This document shows, in pieces, positions 1 through 13,543 of a stretch of 64,000 bases of DNA. Under the pieces are notes generated by a model. That model made no database searches, was not told the origin of the DNA, and was given only the letters and a program-made list of their open reading frames with translations. The stretch's first letter is position 1; each line of letters opens with the position of its first letter. The stretch spans positions 2,108,001 to 2,172,000 of the forward strand of contig CM076000.1 in the NCBI GenBank assembly GCA_038087875.1. Reading direction: 5' to 3'. The DNA is from Malacoraja senta (Eukaryota). The position numbers and the translations under genes are program-made.

Positions 1-14
1 TCAAGAACAATAGA

Positions 15-212
15 GACATGAGAAACTGCAGATGCTAGTTTACAAAAAAATACACAAAATGCTGGAGTAACTGAGCTGGTCAGGCAGCATCTCCGGAGGA
101 CATGGATAGGTGACGTTTCAGGTCTAATGTCACAACCCAAAACATCACCTATCCATGTTCTCCAGACATACTGACTGACCTGTTGAGTTGATCCAGCACT
201 TTGTTTCTTTTA
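15..212. mobile_element. Penelope-like terminal repeat fragments, inverted pair
   Basis: ctgcagatgct..acacaaaatgctggagtaac..gcagcatctc..ggataggtgacgtttc followed by its reverse complement (catcacctatccatgttctccag..ccagcactttg). Same family recurs throughout the window. Confidence 0.6.
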
Positions 213-275
213 GTGAAAGATACTGAGTGCAGAATATAATTCTCAGCATTGTAGTGCATCAGTTTCAATGACATA

Positions 276-605
276 TGGCCCTGCCCCATGGTACGAGTTC
301 ATTCCAAGAGTTCTCCCGAGTTAGCCCTGATTCGAACTCGGAGATTTATGGTAATGGCCGCTCGTCGGTACTCGGGGCTCTCGTGGACATTTTTCAACAT
401 GTTGAAAAATCTTCCCGAGTCTTCCCGAGCTTACCTGCTGTTAGCGAGTCTTCCCGAGTTCCCGCCGTTAGCGTTATGAGCCGCTAAGAGACGTCCCTGA
501 GCTCCGACGTACCCGCTACGTTCGTTCTCCGCGCTTACCACGAGTTTGATTTTTTTTAAAGTCGGGAGAGCTCTTGGAATGAACTCGTACCGTGGGACAG
601 GGCCA
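276..605. mobile_element. PIF/Harbinger-like MITE, family A
   Basis: Imperfect TIRs of about 45 bp (tggccctgccccatggtacgagttcattccaagag / ctcttggaatgaactcgtaccgtgggacagggcca), TA-containing flanks, no coding capacity. Second copy at 62923-63240. Confidence 0.75.
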
Positions 606-944
606 TAAGTCCAATGCCCACAATGGGGTGGAGGTGACTCGTACTGTACCCTAGACATGGAAGGACCGTTCAGAAGTCTGGTAACAGAGGGGAAGAAGCT
701 TGTCCTGAGTCTGGTGGTGCTGGTGGATATTTCTTCCCAATGTGGAGAACATTTCATTTGGCAAATGCTTTTGCCATGTAGTTGAATTGCTACAGAAATG
801 TATTTGTGCCGGGAAATTGATACCAGCAGAATGTTTAGTGCATCAAATAAGTTGTTTGGAATTGGAAGCTCCACATTAATCATTCAGTGAAATGAGCCAG
901 AGTAACATATTACTCAGCAAGAACAGGTTCATCATTCATAAAAG

Positions 945-1450
945 CTATCTCAATTCAATCTCCGCCTTAAAAATATCTATTGACTTGGTCTCCACAGCCG
1001 TCTGTGGCAACGAATTCCACAGATTCATCTCCCTCTGATTAAAATAATTCTTCCTCAACTCCTTTATAAAGGTACATCCTTTTATTCTGAGGCTGTGCCT
1101 TCTGGTCCTAGACTCTCCCTCTAGTGGAAACATCCTCTCCACATCCACTCTCTCCAGACCTTTCACTATTCGGTAAGTTTCAATGAGGTCTCCCTTCATC
1201 CTTCTAAACTCGGTGGAGTACAGTCCCAGAGCTGTCAAACGCTCATCATGTGTTAACCCAATCATTCCCGGGATCATTCTCGTAAACATCCTCTGGATCA
1301 TCTCCAACGCCAGCACATCTTCCTCAGATCTGTGGCCCAAAACTGCTCACAATACTCCAGATGCCATCTGACAAGTGCCTTATAAAGCTTCAGCATTACG
1401 GTACATCCCTGATTTTGTATTGGAGTCCTCGTAAAATAAATGCCGCCATT
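945..1450 (-). mobile_element. CR1 LINE ORF2 3' fragment
   Basis: Translation contains FTRMIPG..LGLYS.EFRRM.GDLIETY..SRTR.HSLRI..NLWNSLP, the typical CR1 ORF2 C-terminus. Confidence 0.9.
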
Positions 1451-2119
1451 GTACTTTGCTTCCTTACCAAGACCTGAGCCAGGAATGATGTCGGCAAGAA
1501 ATTCTGAGCAAAGTCAGACTTTTTTCACCATTCTACGGGCAAGAGGAGAACTCGGCTGTTATTGTTCAATAAAATTCTTAGAATGGTCACCTTCTTAGCC
1601 CTTTATTTGTGGCTCAATTTCAGAACAGAGCTTTGCCATTGAGAAGGAGGGAGGGAGGGTTGCTTTAATGTCCACTGATAAATGCAATGCATAAGTCTGC
1701 ATTTTAATTATGTCGAAAGAACTGGATCAGATTTATGCTCAAAATACGCTGTTGCTTTTCTGAAACTAAAAGTGTATCCTTTCTGACCAATGTCGTGCAT
1801 CTAAACTCAATTCCTGGGTTGCTTACGTTCAAAAGTAAAACATTTTGTGTGTCACATTGTCATTAATCAGAATTTGTGGAGCAAGAGTATTCAGAAGGAA
1901 AAAAAAATAATGTTTACTAAACAATGTATTTAATGAACTGATGATTATACTAAAATCCACTTCCTGCTCTATCGAGTAAATACAAAAGCTTTTATTGTAT
2001 TTCTCCATTTACGGAGGACTAACTGTAATTGATTATTTCAACTTTTATTTAGATAGTCTTCAAAATGATTTCTTCCTATGATTAGATGTGCAGTAGGTAG
2101 ATATGTTCACATGCGTAGC

Positions 2120-2830
2120 TTAGTTTAGTTTATTGTTGTCACATGTACAGTGAAAAGTTTTTGTTGCGTGCCGTCCTGTCAGCAAAAGACTATACATAAT
2201 TACAATCAAGTTGTCCACAGTGTACAGATAAAGAGCAAAATTTAGTGCAAGATAAAGTCCAATTAAAGATACTTCAGAGGTCTCCAATGAGGTAGATGAG
2301 AGGTCTGGACTGCACTCTACCTGGCGAGAGGGTGGTTCAGTTGCCTGATAACAGCTGGGAAGAAACTGTCCCTGAATCTGGAGGTATGTGTTTTTATACT
2401 TGTACTTGCCAGATGGGAGAGGGAAGAAGAGAGATTGACTGGGGTGAGACTGGTCCTTGATTATGCTGGTGGCCTTGCTGAAGCAGCATGAAGTGTAGAT
2501 GGAGTTAATGGAAGGGATATTGATTTGCATGATGGACTGGGCTTTGTTCACAACTCTCTGCAATCGTTTGTGGTCTTGGATGGAGCTGTTCCCAAACCAT
2601 ACTGTGACGCGTCCTGATAAAATGCTTTTGACAGCACATCTGTAGAATTTGGTGAGGGTTGACACAAAATGCTCGAGTAACTCAGCGGGACAGGCTGCAT
2701 CTCTGGAGAGAAAGAATGGATGGCGTTGATGGTTGTTGGGGTCATTTTGCACTTCCTCAGCCTTCTATGGAAGTCGAGGCGTTGGTGTGCTTTCTTGACC
2801 ATAGTTTTGATGTGGCTGGTCCAGGATAAA
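2120..2830 (-). mobile_element. Rex1/Babar LINE 3' fragment with nested Penelope-like piece (about 2661-2722)
   Basis: LSWTSHI..VKKAHQRL.F.RRLRK and LTKFYRCAV.SILSG..TVWFGN..LQRVV motifs, ending in an (AACTA)n tail. Confidence 0.8.
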
Positions 2831-3844
2831 TTGCTGAAGGTGCTGCTGAATAGATGTTTCTCAGACTGTATGGTAGCGAAGAGTTTTATTTCCATTAGCT
2901 CAGTTTTATATAGTTTTGTTTATTGTTGTCATGTGTACCGAGGTACAGCTTTTTTTATTGCATGCTATTCAGACAGCGTAAAGTCTTTACATGATTACAA
3001 TCGAGCTGTCCACCGTGCAAAGACACAGGATAAAAGGGTATGTCATTTAGTGCAAGACAATATCCAGTAAAGTCCAATTAAAGATAGATTGAAGATTATG
3101 AAAAACGTTGGTTTTTGCATTCAGAAATCCAAGCAAGCAATGGGGGTTTGTATGTTAACTGGCTTCTGTAAATTGTAAATAGTCCCTAATGTGTAGGAAA
3201 GTGCTGGTGTACGGAATGATCACTGTCGGTGCGGCCTCGGTCGGCCAAAGGGCCTGTTTCCCCGCTGTACTTCGAAAAGGTCTAAAAATAAGGAATACGG
3301 GATTAAAGTGCTGCATGATTAATAAGCAGAGGTTGGGAAGTTTAGATCTATTCTTGATGGTACAGAGAAGGTTAAGAAATAACCAAATAAAGGTTTTTAT
3401 GACAAAGACTAAGTTTCCCATGGGGTAGATAGAAAATAAATTGTTCCTTCAGGTGAGTGGGTCATAGATTCTAACTAACTGAGGGGAGATTCCTTAAACC
3501 TGCAGAATCATTGGGCTATGGATGTGAATTTACATACATGTCTCTTGCTTCCTCGAAACGCGAGGAATTTGCACAAAGCCAAATCCAATGAATGAATCTT
3601 CCAATATCATATTCCACTGACAGGGAAGTGGCCGCAACTACTTCTGAATGTACCAGCTAGCAAATTCATTCATGGGTTTGAAGCATTGCTGCCAAAACCA
3701 TAATCTTTTCCATCTAATAGGGCAAAGGCAACAAGCATTGCTGGCCAGACCGGCATTTAATGATCATCTTTAATTTCACACGACTATGTGGTTGGTAACC
3801 ACGTGCTTGAGCTGCCGGGTCTGTGCAGTGAAGATACTGCCTGT

Positions 3845-4122
3845 TTAGGTTAGTTTAGTTTAGTTTAGTTTATTGTCTTGTGTACCGAGGTGAAAAGCTT
3901 TAGTTGCGTGCTATCCAGTCAGCGGAAAGACAATACCTGATTACAATCGAGCCATCCACAGTGTGCAGATACATGTTAAAGGGAATAACATGAATAACAT
4001 TTAGTGCAAGATAAAGTCCAGTAAAGTCCGATCGAAGTTCGCCCGAGGGTCTCCAATGAGGTAGATGGTAGCTCAGGACCGCTCTCTAATTGTTGGTCGG
4101 ATGGTTCAGTTGCCTGATAGCA
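3845..4122 (-). mobile_element. Rex1/Babar LINE 3' tail
   Basis: Similar to 2120-2360, with a (TTTAG)n tail. Confidence 0.7.
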
Positions 4123-4630
4123 AGTTATAGTTGTGCAGCTAAATGAAAGACACAAATGCCTGGAGTAACTTAACGGATCAGGCAGCATCTCTGGTGAACA
4201 TGGATAGGTGACGTTTTGGGCCGCGACCTGTTTAATTGTTACAGTTACTGAAACGGAACAATGAAATTCTTACCTGCAGCAGCATAACAGGTCTGTAAAC
4301 ACAGTAATAGATAAGCAGAGACTCCAACCAATGCTTCCATTATCTCCACGAGGAGCTTCTTGGATAAGCAGTGACCTCAACCGTTGGTTCCATTAATTCC
4401 ATGAGAACCTGCTTGGCAAAGTTGTGGCCTCAGGCATTTCTGGAAAACATGCTGCGCTCAGGGTCTCCAGGTCAGAGACATGCTCCCTCTCCTCGTCCAC
4501 CCTCTATGAACTGTCCCTCCTTTATCCCGTGGAACCGAAAGGGGCAGCATCGGAGCCTTCGCATCTGAATGGGACGTCCAAGCTCGAGCGAAATGCAACT
4601 TTTAGCCACCGAAGTCTTCTTAAGACTTGG

Positions 4631-5077
4631 AGTCATAGAGTCATACAGTGTGGAAATAGGCCCTTCAGCCTAACTTGCCCATGTTGACCAACATGCCCCA
4701 TCTGCACTCGTCCCACCTGCCTGGATTTGGCCCATATCCCTGTCCTATCCCTGTCCTATCCACCTACCCATTAAAATGTTTTAAAACTTTGTTTTAGTAC
4801 CTGCCTCAACTACCTCCTCTGGCAGCTCATTCCATATATCCACCACCCTTTGTGTAACAAAATGTTGCCCCACAGGTTCCTATTCAATCTTTCCCCCTTC
4901 TCCTTAAACCTATATCCTCTGGTCCTTGATTCCCCTACTCTGGATAAAAGATTGTGCATTTACCCAATCTATTCAGGACTTCATACATCTTTATAAGATC
5001 ACTCCTCATCCTGCTGCACTCCAAGAGATAAAGTCCTAGCCTGCTGAACCTCTCTCTGTAGCTAAGGCTCTTGAATC
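4631..5077 (-). mobile_element. CR1 LINE 3' end
   Basis: (gagtcata)n tail plus reverse complement of the CR1 3' coding and UTR sequence seen in other copies. Confidence 0.85.
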
Positions 5078-5314
5078 TCAAATTCTGATATTGTTCGGCA
5101 ATGTTCTTGCAATTATGTCTAACGCCATGTCTTTCCGATCACCATGATCAACCCTGCAAAGAACCTTCGAATAGCACCAATGCAATGATGCAATGTTCCC
5201 TCTTCTAAGTGTGGAAGTATAGAAGCATTGGTGACAACCTTGTTTTACACAAGCATTGAAAATAATCTACAATCTCTGCATCTGATCTGCTGCATGGTCA
5301 ATGCACACAATCAG

Positions 5315-5648
5315 ATGCAGGAAAAAAATTCCCCATGTTGTGGGAGTCCAGAACCAGGGGTCACAGTTTAAGAATTAGAGATAGACCTTTTAGGACTGAG
5401 ATGAGAACTTTCCACCCAGAGAGTTGTGAATCTGTAGAATTCCCTGCCACAGAAGGCAGTGGAGGCCAATTCATTTGATGTATTCAAGAGAGATATAGTT
5501 CTTATAGCTAACGAAATCAAGGGATATGGGGAGAAAGCAGGAACGGGGTACTGATTTTGGATGATCAGCCATTATCATATTGAAGGGCGGTGCTGCCTTG
5601 AAGGGCCGAATGGCCTACTCCTGCACCTATTTTCTATGTTTCTATGTT
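5315..5648 (+). mobile_element. CR1 LINE 3' end
   Basis: Matches the 3' end of the copy at 54664-55572, with a (ttctatgt)n tail. Confidence 0.85.
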
Positions 5649-5739
5649 TCGATATTTCTCTGCACACATCACTGCCGAACCAGTTTGCCAGTGAGGTGCA
5701 GTCGTGATTCATGCAGGAAACTGGAAGCAAATCACCATC

Positions 5740-6203
5740 CGCTGAGAATTGTGGACACAGGCCAGACCATCACACAAACCAACCTCCCATCCATTTACTG
5801 CATTTATACCTCACGCTGCCTCGGCAAGGCCACCAGCATAATCAAGGCACCCTGGCCACCCTCTTCTCCCCTCTCTCATCGGACCAAAGGTATAGAAGTG
5901 TGAAAACGCAACCACCGGATTCAGGGACAGTTTCTTCCCAGCTGTTATCAAGCACCTGAACCATCCTTCCACAACTAGAGAACAGTCCTGAACTACTATC
6001 TACCTCATTGGAGACCCTCAGACTATCTCTGATTGGACTTTACTGGCTTTATCTTGCACTAAACGTTATTCCCTTATCATGTATCTGTACATGTTGGAAG
6101 GCTTGAATGTAATCATGTTTTGTCTTTCTGCTGACTGGTTAGCACACAACAAAAGCTTTTCACTGTTCCTCGGTACACGTGACAATAAACTAAACTCAAA
6201 CTC
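5740..6203 (+). mobile_element. Rex1/Babar LINE 3' end
   Basis: ITQTNLPSI..IYTSRCLGKATSIIK motif and gacaataaactaaac tail. Confidence 0.75.
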
Positions 6204-6341
6204 ATCCTCTGAACTGATGCCATGGAGCCCAGCTTTGTGGTCTAGAGGTTTCTGAACGCATTGAGGGTATAATGCAGGATTAAGGTTGTCAATGGGATCT
6301 CAGTAATGTAAGCATTGGAACACAAAGCAGTTTTACATAAA

Positions 6342-6610
6342 AGGGCGGCACGGTGGCGCAGCGGTAGAGTTGCTGCCTTACAGTGCCAAAGTTACAGAGC
6401 CGGGTTTAATCCTGACTATGGGTGTTGTCTGTGACCGCGTGGGTTTTCTCTGGATCCTTTGGTTTCCTCTCACACTCCAAATACATGCAGGTTTGTAGGT
6501 TAATTGGCTTCTGTAAATTGTAAATTGTTTCCAGAGTGTATGATAGTGCTGGCGAGGACTCTGTGGGCCGTAGGGCCTGTTTCCACACTGTATCCCTAAA
6601 CTCTGAAGTA
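6342..6610 (+). mobile_element. HE1-like tRNA-derived V-SINE
   Basis: gggcggcacggtggcgcagcggtagagttgctgcc head (A box), B-box-like gggtt..atcctga, central ggtttcctcccacactccaaa domain, 3' gggcctgtttccac. Confidence 0.8.
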
Positions 6611-7634
6611 AAGTCCAAGTACTTAATTGTGAATGGCTATATGGGAAAAAGTAGGTCAGTAAAATAGTTGAGTTTAAAGCAGATTAAGGGAGTTTGAAGC
6701 AGAAGAAACAGAATAACGTTTAATGCAAGAAAATGACCAGAATGACTTTCAGCTGTCAATGTATGAGGTCTGTCTTCCATTTAAGAAATAATATTTAGCA
6801 GAGACAGATTTCAATGTATATTTCAGATTTTAGCATATTCTATTTTCGTTTAAAAAAAAGTAACTGGCTCAGTAAATCAACTTAAAAAGGAGTGTGCAGC
6901 TGGAAAATGATAGCTCGCATTTTCAAGATCCCATAAACAACTCAGTGGAAAAGTACAGCAAAACAGATGTTATGTAAAAGATGAAAATATAACAGGTCAG
7001 TTGTTTGAACTGAAAAACATGTTAAACCTTGATCTTTACTGACAAGGAACTAAATGAACAGGTGCTATCAATATAGAGTAACTGGGCTTTTGTGTATATA
7101 AAATAAATGGTACATTTTCAAAAACACATTTGGAAAATTGGATTGCAGCAAACTGGTTGATAACTTTGGGGGCTCTGAAAACAAAGATGTGATTTAGGAA
7201 AGAGTAAGATATGTAGTTAACAGTTTTCAATATGAAATAAACGCAGTGGCACAAGTTGAAACGACCCCAGCTATTATCAGCAATGCAATGGATTCAATAT
7301 TTCCAGGCCTTCAGTTCCTTCCACATTGCATTCTGGTGCAAACTAATTACGAGGTTGACAAGATCATTGAATTTTGTGCCGAAGTGAATCACGTACATAA
7401 ATTCAATATCTCCGGGTAATCCTCAGTCTTCTATATTTGTCGATGAAGTACTAAAGTCGTCAAATTTCAGGTTGGAAAAGTTGTCAATTCTTACATTCAG
7501 CTTCAAGTACACTAAATTATCTCGCAGCAACAAGGAACGACAGATGCTGGTTTACACGAAAGGACACAAAATGGTGGACTAACTGAGGGGGTCAGGCAGC
7601 ATCTCTGGAGAACATGGATAGGTGACATTTCGGC

Positions 7635-8108
7635 CGGTGAGGTGTTGCATTTTGGTACGTTTAACAAGGGCAGGACCTTCACGGTAAATGGTAGGCCTCT
7701 GGGGAGTGTTGTAGAGTAGAGGGATTCAGGAGTGCAGGTACATGGTTCCTTGAAGGTCGAGTCACAGGTAGATAAGGTGGTCAAAATGGCTTTTGGCACA
7801 TTGGCCTTCATCAGTCAGAGTATTGCGTATAGAAGTTGGGAGGTTATGTTGCAGTTGTATAAGACTTTGGTGAGACCGCATTTAGAGTATTGTGTTCAGT
7901 TCTGGGGCCCATGTTATAGGAAAGATATTGTCAAGCTTGAAAGGGTTCAAAGAAGATTTACGAGGATGTTGCCAGGATTAGAGGGTCTGAGCTATAGGGA
8001 GAGGTTGAGTAGTGTAACTAGTGTAACTGGGACATGTTGGACAGTGTGGGCAAGTTGGGCCAAAGGGCCTGTTTCCACATTGTATCACTCCACGTCTATG
8101 ACTCTATG
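7635..8108 (+). mobile_element. CR1 LINE ORF2 fragment
   Basis: LQLYKTLVRPHLEYCVQFW..KLERVQRRFTRMLPG, with a (ctatgact)n tail. Confidence 0.9.
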
Positions 8109-8425
8109 ACCCTTCTTCAGGTTGATTATGTGTGTGTGTGGGAAGGGGAAGGGAGGGGAGGGGAGGGGGGGAAGGGAGGGGGGGGAAGAGAGTAGGTGGG
8201 GCAGACAAAGCATTGAAGGGGATAGGTGAACACAGGTGTGGGGGGGGGGGGGGGTTTTGCTAGGCCGATGGCTGGACAAATGCCAGCGATTGAAAAAAGG
8301 TGTGGCAAAAGGATTGAAGAGTTGTGATTTGTGAAGCCAGCGGAAGGAATGTAGGGGGAGGGGACGGAGGAGAAATCTGGTTGAGTCTAGGTGGGGCATG
8401 GGGAAGGAGGTGGAAGAAGGGGGGG
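8107..8425 (-). mobile_element. Penelope-like 3' fragment
   Basis: gacccttcttcag hammerhead-core remnant plus upstream sequence shared with 20900-21160 and 16240-16400. Confidence 0.5.
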
Positions 8426-9177
8426 GGTTGTTAGAGATGACAACATTGGAAAGTTCAATGTTCATGGCCTTGGGTGTACACTGACTGGTTTGCCTTTCCT
8501 GCCAGTAGATTTGGAGGATTTTGTACAGACATTTCCTGCCAACCTCATTCTCCTGCATTCTCCCCGTAACCTTTGAGATACTTACTAATCAAGAACCTAT
8601 CAATCTCTGCTTTAAAAATACCCGATAACTATCGCAACATTTAAGAAACATTTAGGTAGGTACATGGATAGGATAGGTTTAGAGGGCTATGGGCCAAGCA
8701 CAGGCAGGTGGGACGAGTGTAGATGGGTCATGATGGTCAGTGTGGGCAGTTGGGCCGAAGGATCCGTTTCCACGCTGTATGACTCTATGACTCTCTGAGA
8801 GTCAAGGATTGTGGAGAACAGGCAGGAAGCAAACAGAGGCTAAGATCAGGTTGCCCAGGGACTTACTCAATAGCAGACAGGGTGAAGTGGTGGGGGGGGG
8901 GGGGGGGGGGGATATGTGGACCAGACAGCTAGGCAAGCCGTGGGAGGATACAAGTTAAGGGGGTTTGATAGGCAGACAGATATCACCATTTGCCAGGCTT
9001 TATCGTACCACCATCTTTCTTCCAGTTTTCTCCCTCCTACTACAATCAGTCTGAAGAAGGGTCCCAGCCCACAAACCTTGCCTATCCATGCTCTCCCAGG
9101 ATGACAACTGACCCGTTCAGTTACTCCACTACTTTGGGTCTTTTTTTGCAAATCGGCATCTGCAGTTCCTTTAAACT

Positions 9178-9466
9178 TTAGACTTTAGAGATATTGTGCA
9201 GAAACAGTCCTCTCCAACCAGTGATCACCCTGCACACTAGCACTATCCTACACGCTAGAGCCAATTTACAATGTTTTTACCAAAGCCAATTAAACTGCAA
9301 ACTTGCACATTTTTGGAGTGTGGGAGGAAACCGAAGCACCCGGAGAAAACACATACAGTCATAGGAGAACGTACAAACTCTGAACAGACAGCACCCATAG
9401 TCAGGATCGAATCCGGGTCTCTGGTGCTGTCAGGCAGCAATTCTACCGGTGCACCACCGTGCCGCC
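9178..9466 (-). mobile_element. HE1-like SINE
   Basis: Reverse complement of the SINE consensus, ending gcaccaccgtgccgcc. Confidence 0.8.
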
Positions 9467-9576
9467 TTGTGTCTACAATCATAACAACAGAATAATTAAG
9501 ATTACTTTTGGAATACTGTCAGAGATAAGAGCTAAAATATCCTCCAGTAACCTGGGTAAAAAGACTCAACAACGTT

Positions 9577-9890
9577 CCATGCCCCATCTACCTAGTCCCA
9601 CTTGCCTGTGTTTAGCCCATATTCCTCTAAACCTTTCCTATCCATGAATCTGTCCAAATGTCTTTTAAATGCTGTTACTGTGCATGCCTCACCTACCTCC
9701 TCTGGCAGCTCATTCCATATACCCACCACCCTTTGTGTAAAATAGGTTGCCCCTCAGGTTCCTATTAAATCTTTCCCCTCTCACCTTAAACCTATGTCCT
9801 CTGGTTCTTGATTCCCCTACCCTGGGTAAAAAACTCTGTACATTCACTTCATGATTCCCCTCATGAATTTATACACCTCTGTAAAATCAT
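9577..9890 (-). mobile_element. CR1 LINE 3' fragment
   Basis: Similar to 4631-5077 and 14210-14695. Confidence 0.8.
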
Positions 9891-10069
9891 GGGCGGTCTG
9901 AAGAAGGGTGTCGAACTGAAACGCCACCTATCCATGGTCTCCAGAGATGCTGCCTAACCTGCTGAGTTACTTCAGCACTTTGCCTCCTTTTGTTTAATAA
10001 GCAGCTTCGACAGTGTCTTGTTTCAACAATGCTTCATCCATGATTTCTCTGCTGCATCCGTTACCTTAA

Positions 10070-10323
10070 AGGGCCTGTCCCACGGCGATTTCTTCGGCGA
10101 CTGCCGGCATCATCGACTGACGAATCAGGTCATCGAAAAATTTGCGGTGTGATGCGGTGTGGCTCGGCGTGATGCAGCGGTGACGCGGCGTGATGACGTA
10201 TGTTTTTTCAAATGTCGCAACATTTTTTTTGTTGCCGCTGGATGTTGAAATGTTCAAAATCTTTTGGCGACACTGATATGACGCCGGCAGTCGCCGAAAA
10301 AATTGCCAAGTGGGACAGGCCCT
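10070..10323. mobile_element. PIF/Harbinger-like MITE, family B
   Basis: TIR AGGGCCTGTCCCAC..GTGGGACAGGCCCT extending about 45 bp imperfectly. Perfect TAA target-site duplication at 10067-10069 and 10324-10326. Confidence 0.85.
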
Positions 10324-11346
10324 TAAGAAACTGTTGAACGAAAGCCAAATTCAAAAGTGGGGGAAAAAATGGGATGGAAATGTCAGATTACGTGTGGGTT
10401 TTATGAAAAGATGAAAAATATCGATTCAATTCTTCAGTCTCTCTGACTCTTTTACTACCTGCTGTCTGTGGGCTGCTTGTCTGAACAAAAGGATTCATTT
10501 TAATGGCCCATCTACAGTATTTGTTCAATGAAACTTGAGCATTTTCTTCCACTTTCTTTCTTTTCACCTGCCATAGGAAGCAATGGCAATTATTTTTTAA
10601 CCGAAAATACATTTCACAGTGAGGAAGAAAAGCTGTCTAAGACCCAAATATTTCCTCCAGGTTGTTTATGTTATATTAGATTCCTATTTCAGTTCTTTAG
10701 CAAATCCAGCTGCCCGAAAGATTCATGTCCTTTTATTGTGCCTTCTATAAGCGTGCAAGGGCATGTAAACCATGATCATTAACACCTTGATGTGGTCTGA
10801 AATCCTTTGACATCTTTGTAACTAAAAAAAAAGATTTGCTGAAGAATTGAATAGAGGAGCAACTGCTATCAAACATGCTTAGAAATATATATAGAAAAAA
10901 GGAACTGCAGGTGCTGGTTTACTAAAAAGGACACAAATTGCTGGAGTAACAGCACATCTCTGGAAAACATGGAGACTTCTGAAGAAGGGTCCCGCCCCAA
11001 AACGTCACCAATCTATGTTCTCCAGAGATGCTACCTGACCCACAGAATTACTCCAACACTGTTCATGCTTGGTAATATCTTCTCAGTTCGCAGGCTCTTC
11101 CAGATATCAAAGAAATTACAAGCAAGTTATTTGTGTGGAATATCTTCCCTTTCAATGTTGCTGAGAATACATTTATGGTGAAATATTCTGAAGTTAATGG
11201 CAATGAACAAGGAGAACACTTTTGTGTTTAATATATATAGTTTTAATATATATTAGCTCTGAATAATACCTAAATTATCAGCCTTGAAGAGAAAGGGGGG
11301 TTTGGAAGAGGTATTGCTGGTTCTTCCCCAGTGTCTTAAAGGATAA

Positions 11347-12414
11347 TCTATATATATATCACTAAAACTCTCACCTTGTTTGTTTGTATGTATGCCTGTG
11401 TGCGTGTGCATGTGTGTGCGCGATATTCCAAAACCCCGCCAAAATGGTACACGATAGCGCTACAATTTTGGCCCACATTACTCACCATTGTCCTGGGATG
11501 TATTAGAAACAAGTTTCGTTCGGATTGATGTTATATTTTACAAGTTATTGACATTTTAAACATTTACAAAAAACACTTTATAAACCACTTTTCCACTTGC
11601 CCTGCCCGTCAGCAGCGTTCAACGTCACAATGACATCACAATGGGATCCCGAATCCATTTACATTAAAAATCGCAAATAAAAAAAAAAATCAGTATTAAT
11701 CAAATTCTTCCATTTTCATTAACAGCTAACATTGTGTTTAGGTTATTTTAAAGAAAAAATGTGATTTTCATTGTGCGAGAGGTGGGGTAGGGGAGAGATG
11801 AGGAGTGGGGGGAGCAGGACGATAGAGGGAGAGGAGGGGGGGTGGGAGGGGAAAGGGAGGGGAAAGTTGGGGAGGTGAGGATAGAGGATAGAGGGAGAAG
11901 AGGGGGAGTGGGGGAGGTAGGAGTGGGGATAGAGGGAGAGGAGGGCCGTGGGGGAGGAGGGGGGATAGAGGGAGAGGATGGGGGAGTGCAGGAGGTTAGG
12001 AGGGAGAGTGGGCGAGTGGGATAGGGGGGAGGTGAGGAGTGGGGAAGCAGGGAGATAGAGGGAGAGGAGGGGTAAGGAGGGGAGAGGGGTTATGGAGGGA
12101 GGGAGTGACTGAGGGTAGGGAAAGGAGAGGGAGGGAGAGGAGAGAGAGGGAGTGGGGAGGGGATGAGGAGAAGGGAAAGAAGAGGGAAGGTGGAGAGGGA
12201 GGGAGTGCTGGGGATGAGGGGGAATGAAGGAAGAGGGGTAGGAAGAGGGATGGTGAGGCGTAGTTGAGAGAGGGTTGCCGTGACTCACGTCACAACGGGG
12301 ACCTCTGGCGTCACAACGGGAACCCGTCAACTGCGCCTGCGCAGTTGGGGGCTATGGGTGAGTGGTGGAATACTGCTTTGGGGGAATGGGGCCCAACGGA
12401 TCCCACTGGTCTAG
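11347..12414 (+). mobile_element. Non-autonomous Helitron
   Basis: 5' A|TCTATATATA start, 3' subterminal hairpin GGGGCCC-AAC-GGATCCC (12388-12404) then CTAG|T. Inserted between A and T with no TSD. Internal GA-rich tract at about 11780-12260. Confidence 0.8.
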
Positions 12415-13436
12415 TGAACTCTAAAATTCACAGACAAATTACATCACTGCAAATATCTCTATGGTTAAAAGAAATGCATTAATTAGTCAGGATTATACAG
12501 CATGGAATCAGGCCCTTTGGCACATCTATGCTAGTCCCACTTGTCCGCATTTGGCCCATATCCCTCCAAGCCTTCTATTTCCGTGTATCTGTCCAACTAT
12601 CTTTTAAATGCTGTCATCTCATTGAACAGTGGGACTGACATTGGGAATGAAATGTGTCTCTTCTGCTTCTATTTCTTTGGCCCTTTTGTTCATACTTCTA
12701 AAATCAGAGCACTAATCTTAACAACGTGTGTGATCATGCAATTTCATATTGCACTGCCTCCAAGTAGGTGCTTACTTCATTTGGTAATTGGACGGGTCAC
12801 TTGCTGTTTTTGCTTGTTCAGCGCCGATCTCTGTATCTTTGAGAATGTGGCACTGGGAATGAGGGCCCTTCTTTCCACCTTGTCTACAAGGAAATTTAGT
12901 TTTAGTTTTGGAGATATAGCGTGGAAACAGGCCCTTCAGCCCACCTGTTTCCACGCTATTTCACCGATGCTGACCATGATCGCCCGTGCACTAGTTCTAC
13001 TTTACATCCCCGTTTCACATCCCACACACAAGGGGCAATTTACAGAAGCTTATTAACCTACAAACCTGTACGTCTCTGGAATGTGGGAGGAAACCGAAGC
13101 ACCGAAGCAAACCTACGCGGTCACAGGGAGAACGTACACACTCCACACGGGCAGTGAAATGAGTGTCCATGTCAGTGAACTGGAAGGCATGCTTCCTTCA
13201 CTGCATTGTGTCCCTTGCAGCTACACCCGTGTAGCACACGCTTACACTTCCAGCAGTGCTGCGGTGTGGTGGACAGGTGTCTTCTTACAGCTGGATTCCA
13301 GATGTGAATCAGTAAGTCACTGGTTGATTGGTGAGTATTGAGCTGACCTGCAACACTCAATGTTGAATGGGGTGATGAAGGTTTTGGGCACTTAAAATGT
13401 CCTCCGACTTTTTCCAACTGCACATGCTGGAAGGAT

Positions 13437-13543
13437 TGTTTAGTTTAGTTTAGTTTAGTTTAGCTTGGTTTAGTTTAGTTTAATTTAATTTAGTTTAGTT
13501 TAGTTTAATTTAGTTTAGGTCAGTTTAGGTTAGTTTAGTTTAG
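13437..13543. repeat. (TTTAG)n microsatellite, expanded SINE tail
   Basis: Direct pentamer repeats adjoining a minus-strand SINE. Confidence 0.9.

Noticed and set aside
4320..4620. GC-balanced unique segment as a coding exon
   Set aside because: Short frames with no recognisable homology or clear splice signals.
7036..7510. Possible host exon in unique sequence
   Set aside because: The frames I translated contain stops or give no recognisable protein, and there is no convincing splice-site pair.
10066..10327. piggyBac/Kolobok assignment from TTAA near both ends
   Set aside because: The TIR is symmetric only with a 3-bp TAA duplication, which fits PIF/Harbinger.
11743..12330. 195-aa Pro/Ser-rich ORF
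   Set aside because: Low-complexity purine tract inside the Helitron.
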